A stretch of 64,000 nt of DNA from Bryobacteraceae bacterium (GCA_052325345.1 JBKQVG010000251.1:1-64000); one strand, 5' to 3'; counted from the stretch's first letter, positions 10,331-20,062 are shown. The notes: generated by a model from the sequence alone, not told the origin. Translations and numbers: made by a program.

Positions 10331-11128
10331 ATGCCACCACAAGCGGAATTGAGGAAGTTTGCCTGCGGCAAGTCCCAAGTCTCAGTCTACCCATCCCGGA
10401 CACTTCTGGGACTTTACGCTGCCCGGAAGGCCGCTGAGATTACCCAGGCGGCCATCGAGAAGCGGGGCCGCGCACGAATCATTGTCGCCACGGGTAACTC
10501 TCAAGTGGATTTCATCACCGCCCTGGTCGGACACAGCGAGGTTAGCTGGTCGCGGGTGGAGTTGTTCCATATGGATGAATACGTCGGTCTGCCGGCACAA
10601 CATCCCGCCAGTTTTCGCTTTTGGATCCAGACCCGGGTGGAGAAAAAATTCCCTCTCGCCGCGGCCAACTATATCCACGGAGATGCGCCCGATGTGGATG
10701 CGGAGATCGCCCGCTATTCGTCCTTGCTGGCGGCCGCTCCCATCGACTGCGCCTTCGTAGGCTTCGGCGAAAACGGCCACATCGCTTTCAACGATCCGCC
10801 GTCGGCTGATTTTGACGACCCCGTCGCCATGAAGGTAGTGGTCCTCGACGAAGCCTGTCGCCGCCAGCAGGTTGGCGAAGGACATTTCAAAGATGTCGAT
10901 TCCGTTCCGCGCACTGCCATCACGATCACCTGCTCGGGTTTGTTTCGAGCCAATGCGTGGATTTGCTGCGTTCCAGAGCGCAGAAAGGCGGCCGCCGTGC
11001 GCGATGCGCTGACCGGCCCAATCTCGACATCCTGCCCGGCCTCGCTGGTCCGCCGCCATCCGGCCGCATGGGCCTTTCTCGACGAGGATTCCTCTTCTTT
11101 GCTCGACACGCGTGATTCCGGATCGTAG
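10331..11128 (+). CDS. Glucosamine-6-phosphate deaminase / 6-phosphogluconolactonase family protein
   Basis: RIIVATGNSQVDF...LFHMDEYVGL...GFGENGHIAFNDPP are NagB/Pgl-family motifs. The start is moved to the ATG at 10331. Confidence 0.7.
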   Translation: MPPQAELRKFACGKSQVSVYPSRTLLGLYAARKAAEITQAAIEKRGRARIIVATGNSQVDFITALVGHSEVSWSRVELFHMDEYVGLPAQHPASFRFWIQTRVEKKFPLAAANYIHGDAPDVDAEIARYSSLLAAAPIDCAFVGFGENGHIAFNDPPSADFDDPVAMKVVVLDEACRRQQVGEGHFKDVDSVPRTAITITCSGLFRANAWICCVPERRKAAAVRDALTGPISTSCPASLVRRHPAAWAFLDEDSSSLLDTRDSGS

Positions 11129-11228
11129 ATCGGGACTATGTACGAGATTCTGAACCGCCCGGCTCAAGTGATGGCAGCGGACGTACGGCGCGCAAACTGA
11201 AAGCGATTACGGAGTAGCTCAGTACTCG

Positions 11229-12491
11229 CTATCGGGGCAGCGAGACGAACCCGGCCCAGAACAGGCTTCGGCCGGCGCCGGTTTCCACGTCGTATTTCCG
11301 GACGAACTCGAGCTTTCCGTCATCGCGCACGCGGAACATCGCCAGGCTTGCCGGAACCACGGTGACGCCGGTCTGAGTACGCACGGATTGCGGCGACTGG
11401 TTGGCCACCACCAGGAATCTGCCGCTAGAGTCCAAAGTGAACGTGCGTGGCTGAAAACCGCGAGTGTCGATGCTCTGGATCAGCGTGGGCTCCCCTGTCT
11501 CTTGATTGATCGAGAATACCGCGATCGTGTTCTCGCCGCCCGCAAAGACTCGTTTCCCCTCGAATTCCACCGTGCCGCTGGCGCGATTCGCCACATACAG
11601 GAACCTGCCGTTGGGATGAACGTGAATCGACGCCGCGGCTTGGCCGCTCCGGCTCTTTGCAGGTTCCATAAGGGTGTCTTTGACGAACAAGGGACTCGTG
11701 CGCAGCGTGCCATCGGCCATGCGGCGGTAAACATGAATCTGATTTTGCCGTTCCAGTGTCACGAACACCCACTTACCGGATGGGTGAAAATCCAGGTGCC
11801 GGACCTGATAACCGAAGCCTCCGCCGGGAGCGACCGAAAGCCGGTTCGTCAACACTCCATCTTTATAGTTGAAGATTTTGAGCGCGCCCGGATCCTCGGG
11901 CTTCGTGGGTGTCGGCCCGTTGCCGCGAGTCACCAGAATGACCGCTCGGTTGGAGGGATCCACGCGCACCTGGTGCCCGTAGATCCCGAAATCCAGCGGT
12001 CCCTGTTGTATCGCGGCGCCGATACTTCCATCGGGCAGAATCCGCTGTACCGTCAACCCACTCGGATTGTTGTAGGCCTCGAGCAGATGCGTGCCGTCGA
12101 TATCGGTGCTGATGAAGATCGGCCGCCAAGCCAACGATACCGGCTTGCCATCTTCAACCAGTGCCCCCGAGGCGGGATCGATGCGATACGCGCTCACTCC
12201 GTGTTGGCCGCGGCTGCCGCTCCAGGCGACATATAAGTACTTCCGCGACGGATGCGGCCACGCTTCCTGTATGATGGCGGGAAGCGTAACCGAGCCTCGC
12301 TTGATGAGTGTGTCGTTGTTCGGGTCGAGATCATATTGCGTGAGCTCAGGTCCCACGGCGGCGTAGAGCACTGTCCTGCCCGGCGCGGTCGCCTTGCTGG
12401 CCCCCGCTGTCTGGCCGGAGAGAACTGTTGCCAACAGCGCGGCGAGAACCGCCGCCAGCCCCAATCGCCCAAGTCTATGGACCACGGGCAT
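11229..12491 (-). CDS. Secreted beta-propeller lactonase-like protein (Pgl/YbhE-type)
   Basis: Repeated propeller-blade pattern, for example HPSRKYLYVAW, HPSGKWVFVT, HPNGRFLYVANRASGTV and DSSGRFLVVANQ. The start is moved to M93 (12491), which gives a signal peptide (MPVVHRLGRLGLAAVLAALLATVLSGQTAGA) and removes the overlap with the next gene. Confidence 0.7.
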   Translation of the reverse strand: MPVVHRLGRLGLAAVLAALLATVLSGQTAGASKATAPGRTVLYAAVGPELTQYDLDPNNDTLIKRGSVTLPAIIQEAWPHPSRKYLYVAWSGSRGQHGVSAYRIDPASGALVEDGKPVSLAWRPIFISTDIDGTHLLEAYNNPSGLTVQRILPDGSIGAAIQQGPLDFGIYGHQVRVDPSNRAVILVTRGNGPTPTKPEDPGALKIFNYKDGVLTNRLSVAPGGGFGYQVRHLDFHPSGKWVFVTLERQNQIHVYRRMADGTLRTSPLFVKDTLMEPAKSRSGQAAASIHVHPNGRFLYVANRASGTVEFEGKRVFAGGENTIAVFSINQETGEPTLIQSIDTRGFQPRTFTLDSSGRFLVVANQSPQSVRTQTGVTVVPASLAMFRVRDDGKLEFVRKYDVETGAGRSLFWAGFVSLPR

Positions 12492-12644
12492 CCTCGAAGC
12501 GCCCCGGCCCAGGCGGCGGAGCGCGGCATTATCGAATCGAACTAAATGCTTCACGCTTAGAGATGATACAATCGCCGGTAATTCGAAGCAAGGGTCGGCG
12601 CCGTCTGGAGCGCCGAGATTGCCGCTTGTAGGAGGAACGAACCT

Positions 12645-13469
12645 GTGAAGTCTTTCTGGATACTCGCATTGTGTTTGCCGCTCGCGGCGCAGGTGGACAA
12701 CGCATCGGAGGTCTATCGGAGCGCCCATCGTCCCCGCGCGCTGGCGGTCATCGGCGACCGTTTTCATAGTCCTATCGTGATGCGGGACGGGCTATCCGCG
12801 GCGCTGGTCCGGGAGAACATCCCGGTCACCTTTCTGGAAGACGTCACGGCATTGACGGCCGAGTCATTGGCGGACTACCAGTTGCTGATCATCGCCCGGA
12901 ACGGCAGATACTGGCCGGACGGGTTCAACATGCGGAGCCCGGCGCCAAAGAACGGCTCGGCGGAAAAGCCGGTCCCGGATAAACCGTTTCGCGAGTGGAT
13001 GACGGAGGCACAGGAGCGCGCAATCAGTGAGTTTGTCGCGCGCGGCGGGGGATTGTTGGCCATGCATAACGCCCAAACGTATTACCCACCGGAATACAGT
13101 AAACTCGTGGGCGCGACTTTTGGCGGCCATCCACACCCTTACACCTTTACCATTGTGGTGGAAAACCCGAATCATCCAATTACCGCCGGAGTCGAAGACT
13201 ACGAGATTTTCGACGAGCAGCACATGTCGAAATACACGCTGGGTCCGGAACATCTTCTCTTGCGATCGCTCAGCAGGGAGAACGTCGAGGCCGCCGCGGG
13301 TTGGTGGCAGGAAGCCGGGAAGGGCCGGGTTTGCTATCTTACTCCGGGTCACACGCCCGAAGCCCTCAATCATCCCATGACGCAACGGTTGATCCGCAAC
13401 GCGGCCCGTTGGCTGGTGCATGAAGATGGCGACAGCGCTTCCGCGCACCCCGGTTCCGCGTCAAAATGA
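12645..13469 (+). CDS. ThuA-domain protein (secreted)
   Basis: Signal peptide MKSFWILALCLPLAAQV. ThuA-like core: FVARGGGLLAMHNA...GATFGGHPHP...NPNHPITAGVEDYEIFDEQ...GKGRVCYLTPGH. Confidence 0.7.
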   Translation: MKSFWILALCLPLAAQVDNASEVYRSAHRPRALAVIGDRFHSPIVMRDGLSAALVRENIPVTFLEDVTALTAESLADYQLLIIARNGRYWPDGFNMRSPAPKNGSAEKPVPDKPFREWMTEAQERAISEFVARGGGLLAMHNAQTYYPPEYSKLVGATFGGHPHPYTFTIVVENPNHPITAGVEDYEIFDEQHMSKYTLGPEHLLLRSLSRENVEAAAGWWQEAGKGRVCYLTPGHTPEALNHPMTQRLIRNAARWLVHEDGDSASAHPGSASK

Positions 13470-13488
13470 ATCGTCCAACCCGCGATAA

Positions 13489-14442
13489 ATGGGGGAGATG
13501 GAAATGCAGACCAGGTTTTCCGGTGTGCTGGCGCCCGCCATCACATCCTTTCGCCGGGATCTCTCGGTAGACGCCGAGCGCTCTGCGCGGCATGCCAAAT
13601 GGCTGTTGCATTTCGGATGCGCCGGCCTTGCCGTATTCGGCACCAATAGCGAAGCGAACTCGCTTTCGGTGGAGGAGCGTGAATCTCTCCTCTCGTCGCT
13701 CATCGAACGGGGAATCCCTCCGGACAGGCTCATGCCCGGGACCGGTTGCTGCGCGCTCCCCGATTCGGTGCGGCTCACGGCACACGCCGTCAAGTCAGGT
13801 TGCGGAGGCGTCTTGATGCTCCCGCCGTTTTATTATAAGGGAGTCAGCGACGATGGTCTTTTTCGCAGTTTTTCGGAAGTCATTCAGCGTGTCGGCGACT
13901 CGCGGCTGCGCTTGTATCTTTATCACATCCCCCCCGTCGCCCAAATACCATTCTCCCTTTCACTCATCGAGCGTTTGCTCAAGGCTTACCCGTCAATCGT
14001 GGCCGGAATGAAGGACAGTTCCAGCGACTGGAGTTACAGTAAGTCGGTATTGGACGCGTTTGCACAAAGAGATTTCGAGTTCTTTGTGGGAAGCGAGACA
14101 TTCCTGCTGGCCAACATGCGTAACGGCGGCGCCGGATGCATCAGCGCCACTGCCAACGTGAATCCGGCGGCCATTCGCCGGCTATATGAGAACTGGCGTT
14201 CGCCCGACGCGGACCGGATGCAAGATGCACTCAATGCAACTCGAGCCACCCTGCAAAAGTACCCTATGATCAGCGCTCTTAAGGCGACCGTAGCGCATTA
14301 TTCCGGTGACCCCGAGTGGACGCACGTGCGGCCTCCGTTGTTAGATCTGACTGCTGCCCAGAGCCAGTCATTGATAGCCGCTCTGGAAAACCTCGGTTTT
14401 TCCATGCAGGGACTGACAGCGAATCAACAAGTTCGAGTTTAA
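13489..14442 (+). CDS. Dihydrodipicolinate synthase (DapA/NAL) family lyase; candidate 2-keto-3-deoxy-sugar-acid aldolase or dehydratase
   Basis: GVLAPAITSF...GCAGLAVFGTNSEANSLSVEERESLL...LYLYHIPPVAQ...GMKDSS (Schiff-base lysine context) fits the DapA family. No signal peptide. Confidence 0.8.
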   Translation: MGEMEMQTRFSGVLAPAITSFRRDLSVDAERSARHAKWLLHFGCAGLAVFGTNSEANSLSVEERESLLSSLIERGIPPDRLMPGTGCCALPDSVRLTAHAVKSGCGGVLMLPPFYYKGVSDDGLFRSFSEVIQRVGDSRLRLYLYHIPPVAQIPFSLSLIERLLKAYPSIVAGMKDSSSDWSYSKSVLDAFAQRDFEFFVGSETFLLANMRNGGAGCISATANVNPAAIRRLYENWRSPDADRMQDALNATRATLQKYPMISALKATVAHYSGDPEWTHVRPPLLDLTAAQSQSLIAALENLGFSMQGLTANQQVRV

Positions 14443-14456
14443 TAAGACTGAAAACA

Positions 14457-15491
14457 ATGAAGATTATGCTAAGAGGGTTAGCCGCGGCGGTAATTGTCTG
14501 CGCCGGCAGCACGGCGGGCATGGCGCAAGCGGGCTCGCGGGGGACACTGCTCGTTGTAACGAAGCAGGCTCATGCGCTTGCCATGGTGGATGCCGCAACA
14601 CTCCAGGTGCTGGCGCGCGTTCCGATCGGCGAGGATCCACATGAGGTGGCGGTGGGGCCGGATGGACGAACGGCGTATGTGTCGAACTACGGAGAAGGTA
14701 CGCTGCACACTCTGGCCGTGGTGGACCTGGTGCATCATACGGCCCTGCCGGCGATCGAACTGGCGCCGTTGGTCGGACCCCATGGCCTGATTTTGCACGA
14801 CAAGTTAATCTGGCTCACGGCCGAGGGCTCCAAAGCCGTGGCAGCATTCAACCCGGCAACCGGCCGCCTGCAGATGGTGCTCGGAACCGGGCAGGACATG
14901 ACGCACATTGTATGGGTTTCGCGGGACGGCGCGAAGGTGGTCGCGTCTAACGCCGGATCCGGAACGATGAGCGTCTTCGATCGAACCGAGGTCAAAAAGA
15001 TCCTGGCAGCCGCTCCAGCGCCTCCGGTTGAGTATACGGTCCACGGCTGGAAGCATACTCTCATCCCCGTTGGGAAAGCCGCCGAAGGTTTCGATGTGTC
15101 GCCCGATGAACGGGAGGTTTGGGTGGGCAACGGCGACGGCACTGTTACCGTAATCGATCTTGTGTCCGAAAAGGCCGCCGCGACGCTCACTCCGGATGTG
15201 CCCGGGGCCAACCGTCTGAAGTTCACTCCGAACGGCCGGCTGGCGCTGGTTACAACCCATGCGGGCAAGGACCTCGTGGTCATCGACGCTCACACCCGTG
15301 AAGTGGTAAAGCGAGTTCCAATTGAACGGCGCGGCGCTTCCGGAATTCAAGTGCAGCCGGATGGCGCCCGGGCTTTCGTTGCCTGTCCTCGCGATCACTA
15401 TGTCGCGGTGGTCGATCTCGGCAGTCTGCGGATGGCGGGCAAAATCGAGGTCGGACTCGAACCCGACGGAATGACGTGGTGGACGCGATAG
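14457..15491 (+). CDS. Secreted YVTN-type beta-propeller repeat protein
   Basis: The start is moved to the ATG at 14457 (MKIMLRGLAAAVIVCAGSTAGMAQA, a signal peptide). Repeats of the type VPIGEDPHEVAVGPDGRTAYVSN, GFDVSPDEREVWVGN and GIQVQPDGARAFVAC. Confidence 0.7.
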   Translation: MKIMLRGLAAAVIVCAGSTAGMAQAGSRGTLLVVTKQAHALAMVDAATLQVLARVPIGEDPHEVAVGPDGRTAYVSNYGEGTLHTLAVVDLVHHTALPAIELAPLVGPHGLILHDKLIWLTAEGSKAVAAFNPATGRLQMVLGTGQDMTHIVWVSRDGAKVVASNAGSGTMSVFDRTEVKKILAAAPAPPVEYTVHGWKHTLIPVGKAAEGFDVSPDEREVWVGNGDGTVTVIDLVSEKAAATLTPDVPGANRLKFTPNGRLALVTTHAGKDLVVIDAHTREVVKRVPIERRGASGIQVQPDGARAFVACPRDHYVAVVDLGSLRMAGKIEVGLEPDGMTWWTR

Positions 15492-15514
15492 GACTCGGAA
15501 AAGCGCCGGACGCC

Positions 15515-16459
15515 CTACTTCGCTTTCTCTAGCGGCGCTACGTGGGAGTTGTTCACGAAGCCGCTGGTCACCATGCGGCAGGATACCCCAGGCCCGGAGT
15601 ATCGCACATTGTGAAACGTCATCTTCGGAATGTAGATCACGTCGCCTTCATTGCCGACAACTAGGTCCTGCCCCTCTACCTTCGCGCTGAACTGCCCGAT
15701 CAGGACCATCATGATTTCGCTGGTCTCCGGGTGATAGGTTCCCAAGGATTTCGGGTCGTCCGGGCCTTGATTCTGCCGCGTGCCGTAGACCACGTTGACC
15801 ACCCCGCGATCGTCGTCCACAAAGCGGTCCTCGAAATTCCGCCCTTTGAATTTATCGCCGGACGCGCGGTAATGTTCCGCGACTTCGCTCAGCGACAGGT
15901 GCGGGAGGTTGCCGTGCCCCCAGGGGCCGGGAGTCCGCCGCAGCACGACGGGTATGAACTCGAAACCGGGCACTGCGGGCGGCTTCGCGCCGCCGGGATA
16001 AAAGGTGGTGGCCCCCGCAACGTTCACTTCATAGCGCACCGCCGGCCCGCTGCCGGTGTTCTCCATGCTGAAGACGGTCTGGCGAGGCGCCTGTACCATG
16101 GCGCCCTTGGTAGCCAGGAACGGCTCCTGGCCTTCGATGCTCACGCGCATCTGGCCTTCCAGAATGGCCCACCAGGTGCGAGTATCGGGATGGAAGCGTG
16201 GCGACACCCCGGCGCCCGGCGCGACCGAGATGAATTCCGCGCGGAGCTTGTCGTCATCCACGATCACCTGGCTCCAGTTCGCTTCCGCCTTGTGGGTTGC
16301 TTTCACGTCCGCCAGTCGGGTCAAAGGCCGATTCGGAGGCGTATATTTGGGCGGGTGAATCGCTTTCATCCCCCAAGAGGCAGGCTCCGGAGAGCGCTGT
16401 GCATATAGAGCGGTTGCCAGCAGCGTAGCGCCCGCCCAGAGGAAGCCCTTCGACGTCAT
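15515..16459 (-). CDS. Secreted bicupin protein
   Basis: Signal peptide MTSKGFLWAGATLLATALYAQ. Two cupin-like modules: PRFHPDTRTWWAILEGQMRVSIEG and YHPETSEIMMVLIGQFSAKVEGQ...GDVIYIPKMTFHNV. Confidence 0.6.
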   Translation of the reverse strand: MTSKGFLWAGATLLATALYAQRSPEPASWGMKAIHPPKYTPPNRPLTRLADVKATHKAEANWSQVIVDDDKLRAEFISVAPGAGVSPRFHPDTRTWWAILEGQMRVSIEGQEPFLATKGAMVQAPRQTVFSMENTGSGPAVRYEVNVAGATTFYPGGAKPPAVPGFEFIPVVLRRTPGPWGHGNLPHLSLSEVAEHYRASGDKFKGRNFEDRFVDDDRGVVNVVYGTRQNQGPDDPKSLGTYHPETSEIMMVLIGQFSAKVEGQDLVVGNEGDVIYIPKMTFHNVRYSGPGVSCRMVTSGFVNNSHVAPLEKAK

Positions 16460-16508
16460 AGATTAGATCCGAGGAAAAATTGTAGCACCGGCATCAACCC
16501 ACCGCGGT

Positions 16509-16540
16509 TCGATTGATGCCCGGTGTCGATTGATACCCGG
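16509..16540. repeat. Tandem 15-nt direct repeat in a divergent promoter region (candidate operator)
   Basis: tcgattgatgcccgg (16509-16523) and tcgattgatacccgg (16526-16540), with one mismatch and a 17-nt period. Confidence 0.6.
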
Positions 16541-16546
16541 ACTTTG

Positions 16547-16667
16547 CCCCGCGAGCCAGGCGCTTAACCGGTCTGGGGATTTCACAGTTTAGGCGCGGAA
16601 ACCGCCAGGGAGCGGTCGACGGGAGCGGATTTTTCCAAGATCGGTTAAGCACCCCCGCGAGCCAGGC
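16547..16667. repeat. Exact 15-nt direct repeat pair with inverted TTAACCG flanks (candidate regulatory sites)
   Basis: ccccgcgagccaggc occurs at 16547-16561 (followed by gcTTAACCGg) and at 16653-16667 (preceded by CGGTTAAgca). Both lie between the divergent cupin and aldo/keto reductase genes. Confidence 0.6.
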
Positions 16668-16723
16668 CCCGCCCACTCGAAGACCGCAGGGTGATATTCT
16701 CAGTCCAAGCGAGGAGCGCATCC

Positions 16724-17695
16724 ATGGACACGTCAAGACGCGAGTTCCTGCAAAGCACGGCCGCGGTGGCCGGCATGGTCGGATCACTCTCCGGCGCCGA
16801 GCTTCCGCTGCCAATGCGCCCGTTGGGGAAGACCGGCGAGCGCGTCTCCATTCTGGCCTTCGGCGGCGGCCAGCGATTTTACCAGCCCCGCAACGACGAG
16901 GACGCCGTGCGCGCGGTTGTCCAGGCCGTGGAAGCGGGCATTACTTACTTCGATACCGCCGACAGCTACGGCCGCGGCCGCAGCGAGCTGTTGTACGGGC
17001 AGGCTTTCCAGGCGCGTGGGGGGAAGCGGGGCCTCTTCGTCGCTACCAAGATCAGCAGCCGCGACGGCGCCGCAGTCCAGGGCACCGTCGAGCGAAGCCT
17101 GAAGAGGCTAGGCGTGGATCAGGTGGATCTCATCCAAATCCACTCCCTTGAAAACGAAGACGACCTCGCCCGCATCGAGGCCAAAGACGGCGTCCTCGAA
17201 GCCCTTCTCAAGGTGCGCGAACAGAAGCTCACGCGTTTCATCGGCATCACCAGCCATGACAGCCCCACCGCCATGAAACTCGCTCTCGAACGCCACGACT
17301 TCGATTGCTGCCAGATGGCTCTCAACGCCGCCATGGCCGATATGATCGGTACGACGAAACCCGTGACCGCCGGCGAACGCAGCTTCGAATCCCTGGCGCT
17401 GCCCGTGGCCCGAGCCAAGAATATGGGTGTGATTGCCATGAAGGTGTTCGCCCGCGACGGGCTCGCCGGCCAGCCGGAGGCCACTCCCCGCAACCTGATC
17501 TACTATGCGCTCTCCCTGCCCGTCGCCACCGCCGTCATTGGGCACCCCACGGCGGCAGACCTGGAGCAGAACATCCGTCTCGCCAAGGCCTTTCAGCCTC
17601 TCCCCAAGACGGAAATGGAGCAACTCGCGCGGGCCCTTTCCACTCGCAACAAGACTGCGCTGGTCGAGTTCTTCCGCCACCACGTGGACGCCTGA
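16724..17695 (+). CDS. Aldo/keto reductase with twin-arginine signal
   Basis: The start is moved to the ATG at 16724: MDTSRREFLQSTAAVAGMVGS (Tat motif). AKR core: LGKTGERVSILAFGG...FDTADSYGRGRSE...ITSH. Confidence 0.85.
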   Translation: MDTSRREFLQSTAAVAGMVGSLSGAELPLPMRPLGKTGERVSILAFGGGQRFYQPRNDEDAVRAVVQAVEAGITYFDTADSYGRGRSELLYGQAFQARGGKRGLFVATKISSRDGAAVQGTVERSLKRLGVDQVDLIQIHSLENEDDLARIEAKDGVLEALLKVREQKLTRFIGITSHDSPTAMKLALERHDFDCCQMALNAAMADMIGTTKPVTAGERSFESLALPVARAKNMGVIAMKVFARDGLAGQPEATPRNLIYYALSLPVATAVIGHPTAADLEQNIRLAKAFQPLPKTEMEQLARALSTRNKTALVEFFRHHVDA

Positions 17696-17742
17696 TCCCG
17701 CGTCGCCCGTACGGTGGCCGCACTTTCCATGGAGGTTCAGAG

Positions 17743-18963
17743 ATGAACAGAAGAGATTTTCTGGCGGCCGGCTCCCTCGTGGGCCTGCCCTTCCAGGCCG
17801 CCGCGATGCCGCAGACGGCGCCCCGCTATACCGGCAAGCCGGAGATCAAGATCACCGACGTCCAGGCGTTCGTCGTCAACGCCGGCCGCAATTACGTCTA
17901 TGTGAAGGTGTCCACCGACCAGGGCGTCCACGGCTGGGGTGAAGCCTACTCCGCCGGGCCCGACGAAGCCACCGCCGCCACCATCCGCGATTTCAAGGAC
18001 TGGCTCGTGGGCAAGGACCCGCGCAACGTCGAGTACCTCTTTGCCACCATGTACAACTTCACCCGCTTCCCCGGCGGGCTGGTCGTCAACGCCGCCATCA
18101 GCGGCATCGAGCATGCTTTATGGGACATCGCCGGCAAAGCCGCCGGCCTGCCCGTCTACATGCTCATGGGCGGAAAGTGCCGCAACGAAGTGCGCTGTTA
18201 TCAGGCGGCCAATAGCCCCGAGCAGGCACAAAACCTCATCTCGAAATACGGGTACACGGCGCTCAAGGCCACACTGGGCTTCACCAGCACCGTCCCCATC
18301 AGTGCCACTGTCCGCGCCTTTGGAGAAAGAGCCGAAGCCATGCGCAAAGCCGTCGGACCGAATGTCGACCTGTGCTTCGACGCCCACGCCAGGATCTTCG
18401 CCCCTTATGTGGCCTACGATCTGGCGGAAGTTCTGAAGCCGGTCCATCCCCTGTTTCTAGAAGAAGCCATCCGCCCCGAAAACATCGATTCCATGGCCGA
18501 ACTGCGCCGCAGGGTCCAGATCCCCATTGCCACCGGCGAGGAACTCTACACCAAGTTCCAGTTTCAGCAGTTGCTGGTGGCCGGCGGAGCGGACATCGTT
18601 CAGCCCGACATTTGTCTGGCCGGCGGATTCCTCGAGCAGAAAAAAATTGCCGCCATCGCCGAATCGCACTATGTCCAAGTGGCGCCGCACAACCCGCTCG
18701 GCCCGCTCGCCACGCTGGTGAACATTCACTTCGCCGCCTGCACCCCGAACTTCGTCATATTGGAATACCACCCGGACGACACGTCTCCCCGGAAAGACCT
18801 CGTCAAGGGCGACACGATCGTCGTGAAAAACGGCTATCTGGCCATCCCCGATAAACCGGGTTGGGGCTATGAAATGGATGAAGAAGCCTTCAAGCGAATG
18901 CCCGCGAAGCCCTGGCACCGCGCGTTCTCGTTCGATCCCGACGGCGCTCCGAGTTTCATCTGA
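17743..18963 (+). CDS. Enolase-superfamily dehydratase (D-galactonate/D-mannonate dehydratase-like) with twin-arginine signal
   Basis: The start is moved to the ATG at 17743: MNRRDFLAAGSLVGLPFQAAA. Then KITDVQAFVV...YVYVKVSTDQGVHGWGEAY...ISGIEHALWDIAGK...CFDAHARI...LEEAIRPEN...IATGEELY...VAPHNPLGP. The 146-codon upstream extension in the track is Arg/Pro-rich shadow sequence. Confidence 0.85.
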   Translation: MNRRDFLAAGSLVGLPFQAAAMPQTAPRYTGKPEIKITDVQAFVVNAGRNYVYVKVSTDQGVHGWGEAYSAGPDEATAATIRDFKDWLVGKDPRNVEYLFATMYNFTRFPGGLVVNAAISGIEHALWDIAGKAAGLPVYMLMGGKCRNEVRCYQAANSPEQAQNLISKYGYTALKATLGFTSTVPISATVRAFGERAEAMRKAVGPNVDLCFDAHARIFAPYVAYDLAEVLKPVHPLFLEEAIRPENIDSMAELRRRVQIPIATGEELYTKFQFQQLLVAGGADIVQPDICLAGGFLEQKKIAAIAESHYVQVAPHNPLGPLATLVNIHFAACTPNFVILEYHPDDTSPRKDLVKGDTIVVKNGYLAIPDKPGWGYEMDEEAFKRMPAKPWHRAFSFDPDGAPSFI

Positions 18964-19084
18964 CGATACCTGCGCGCCGCGGTGGCGTTCTTCGTTGGTC
19001 CCGGAATATACTGCTTCAGCGCAATGACCATTTATCGAGGCCGCAAAGCGGTTCAACTCGAGAGCGATCAACTGCGTGTCACGG

Positions 19085-20062
19085 CTAAGGCTGCTTCCTG
19101 GCGAAATTCCAGGCGTGCCGCACGATCTCCCGCAGGTCCGTATATTCCGGCTTCCAGCCTAACTTGGTGCGGAGTTTGTCGGAAGCGGCGACCAGGATGG
19201 GCGGATCGCCTTCGCGGCGGGGACCGATCGTGTAGGGCACCTTCTTGCCGGTAACTTCTTCCACCGCTCGGATGATGTCGAGCACGCTGTGTCCGCTTCC
19301 GCTGCCCACGTTGAACGCATCCGATCGGCCGCCCGCCAGCAGGTATTCGAGCGCCTGAATGTGCGCCTGCGCCAGGTCGTTGACATGAATGTAATCGCGG
19401 ATACAGGTGCCGTCCGATGTCTCGTAATCGTCCCCGAACACCGTCATCGGCCGCCCGTTGGTCACCGCGCGCAGCACCAGCGGGATCAGGTGCGTCTCCG
19501 GTTCATGGCGCTCCCCCAGCCGGCCCTCGGGATCGGCGCCGCACGCATTGAAATACCGCAACCTGACGTTGGTGATGCCATGAATTTCGTCGAACCACCG
19601 CAGCAGGGTTTCCACCATCACCTTCGATTCGCCGTAGGCACTCACGGGCTGAATGGGAAACGTCTCCGCAATCGGGGTGGCGTGCGGGTTGCCGTATACC
19701 GCCGCGGTGGAGGAAAACACCACGTGCTTGACGCCCGCTTCCACCATGGCAGCCACGAGCGACAGCGATCCGCACACGTTGTTCGAGAAATAACGGGCGG
19801 GCTCGCGCATCGATTCGCCCACCGCGATAAATGCGGCGAAGTGCACCACGGCTTCGGCGCCGGTCTCCTTCAACACCGCCGCCAGTCCCTTGGTGTCGGC
19901 GATATCCATCTCCACCAGGCGCCCTTCCGGAACGTTCTCCCGGTAGCCCTTGGAAAGGTTGTCCACCACGGTCACGTCATGGCCCTGGTCGAGCAGCAGA
20001 CGGACGGTATGCGAGCCGATATAGCCGGCCCCGCCGGTCACTAATATTTTGCACGCTGTCAC
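19085..20062 (-). CDS. galE: UDP-glucose 4-epimerase
   Basis: KILVTGGAGYIGSHTV (Rossmann motif), SSTAAVYG, YGESK (the catalytic YxxxK), and NACGADPEGRLGE. Confidence 0.9.
   Translation of the reverse strand: MTACKILVTGGAGYIGSHTVRLLLDQGHDVTVVDNLSKGYRENVPEGRLVEMDIADTKGLAAVLKETGAEAVVHFAAFIAVGESMREPARYFSNNVCGSLSLVAAMVEAGVKHVVFSSTAAVYGNPHATPIAETFPIQPVSAYGESKVMVETLLRWFDEIHGITNVRLRYFNACGADPEGRLGERHEPETHLIPLVLRAVTNGRPMTVFGDDYETSDGTCIRDYIHVNDLAQAHIQALEYLLAGGRSDAFNVGSGSGHSVLDIIRAVEEVTGKKVPYTIGPRREGDPPILVAASDKLRTKLGWKPEYTDLREIVRHAWNFARKQP

Noticed and set aside
17305-17742. 146-codon N-terminal extension of the enolase-superfamily gene in the ORF track
   Set aside because: The extension overlaps the 3' end of the aldo/keto reductase gene and is Arg/Pro-rich. 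A canonical Tat signal begins at the ATG at 17743. The same reasoning was used to trim 8551-8646, 10259-10330, 12492-12767, 14316-14456, 16691-16723, 20049-20126, 24273-24404, 41802-41948, 53694-53849 and 58437-58562.
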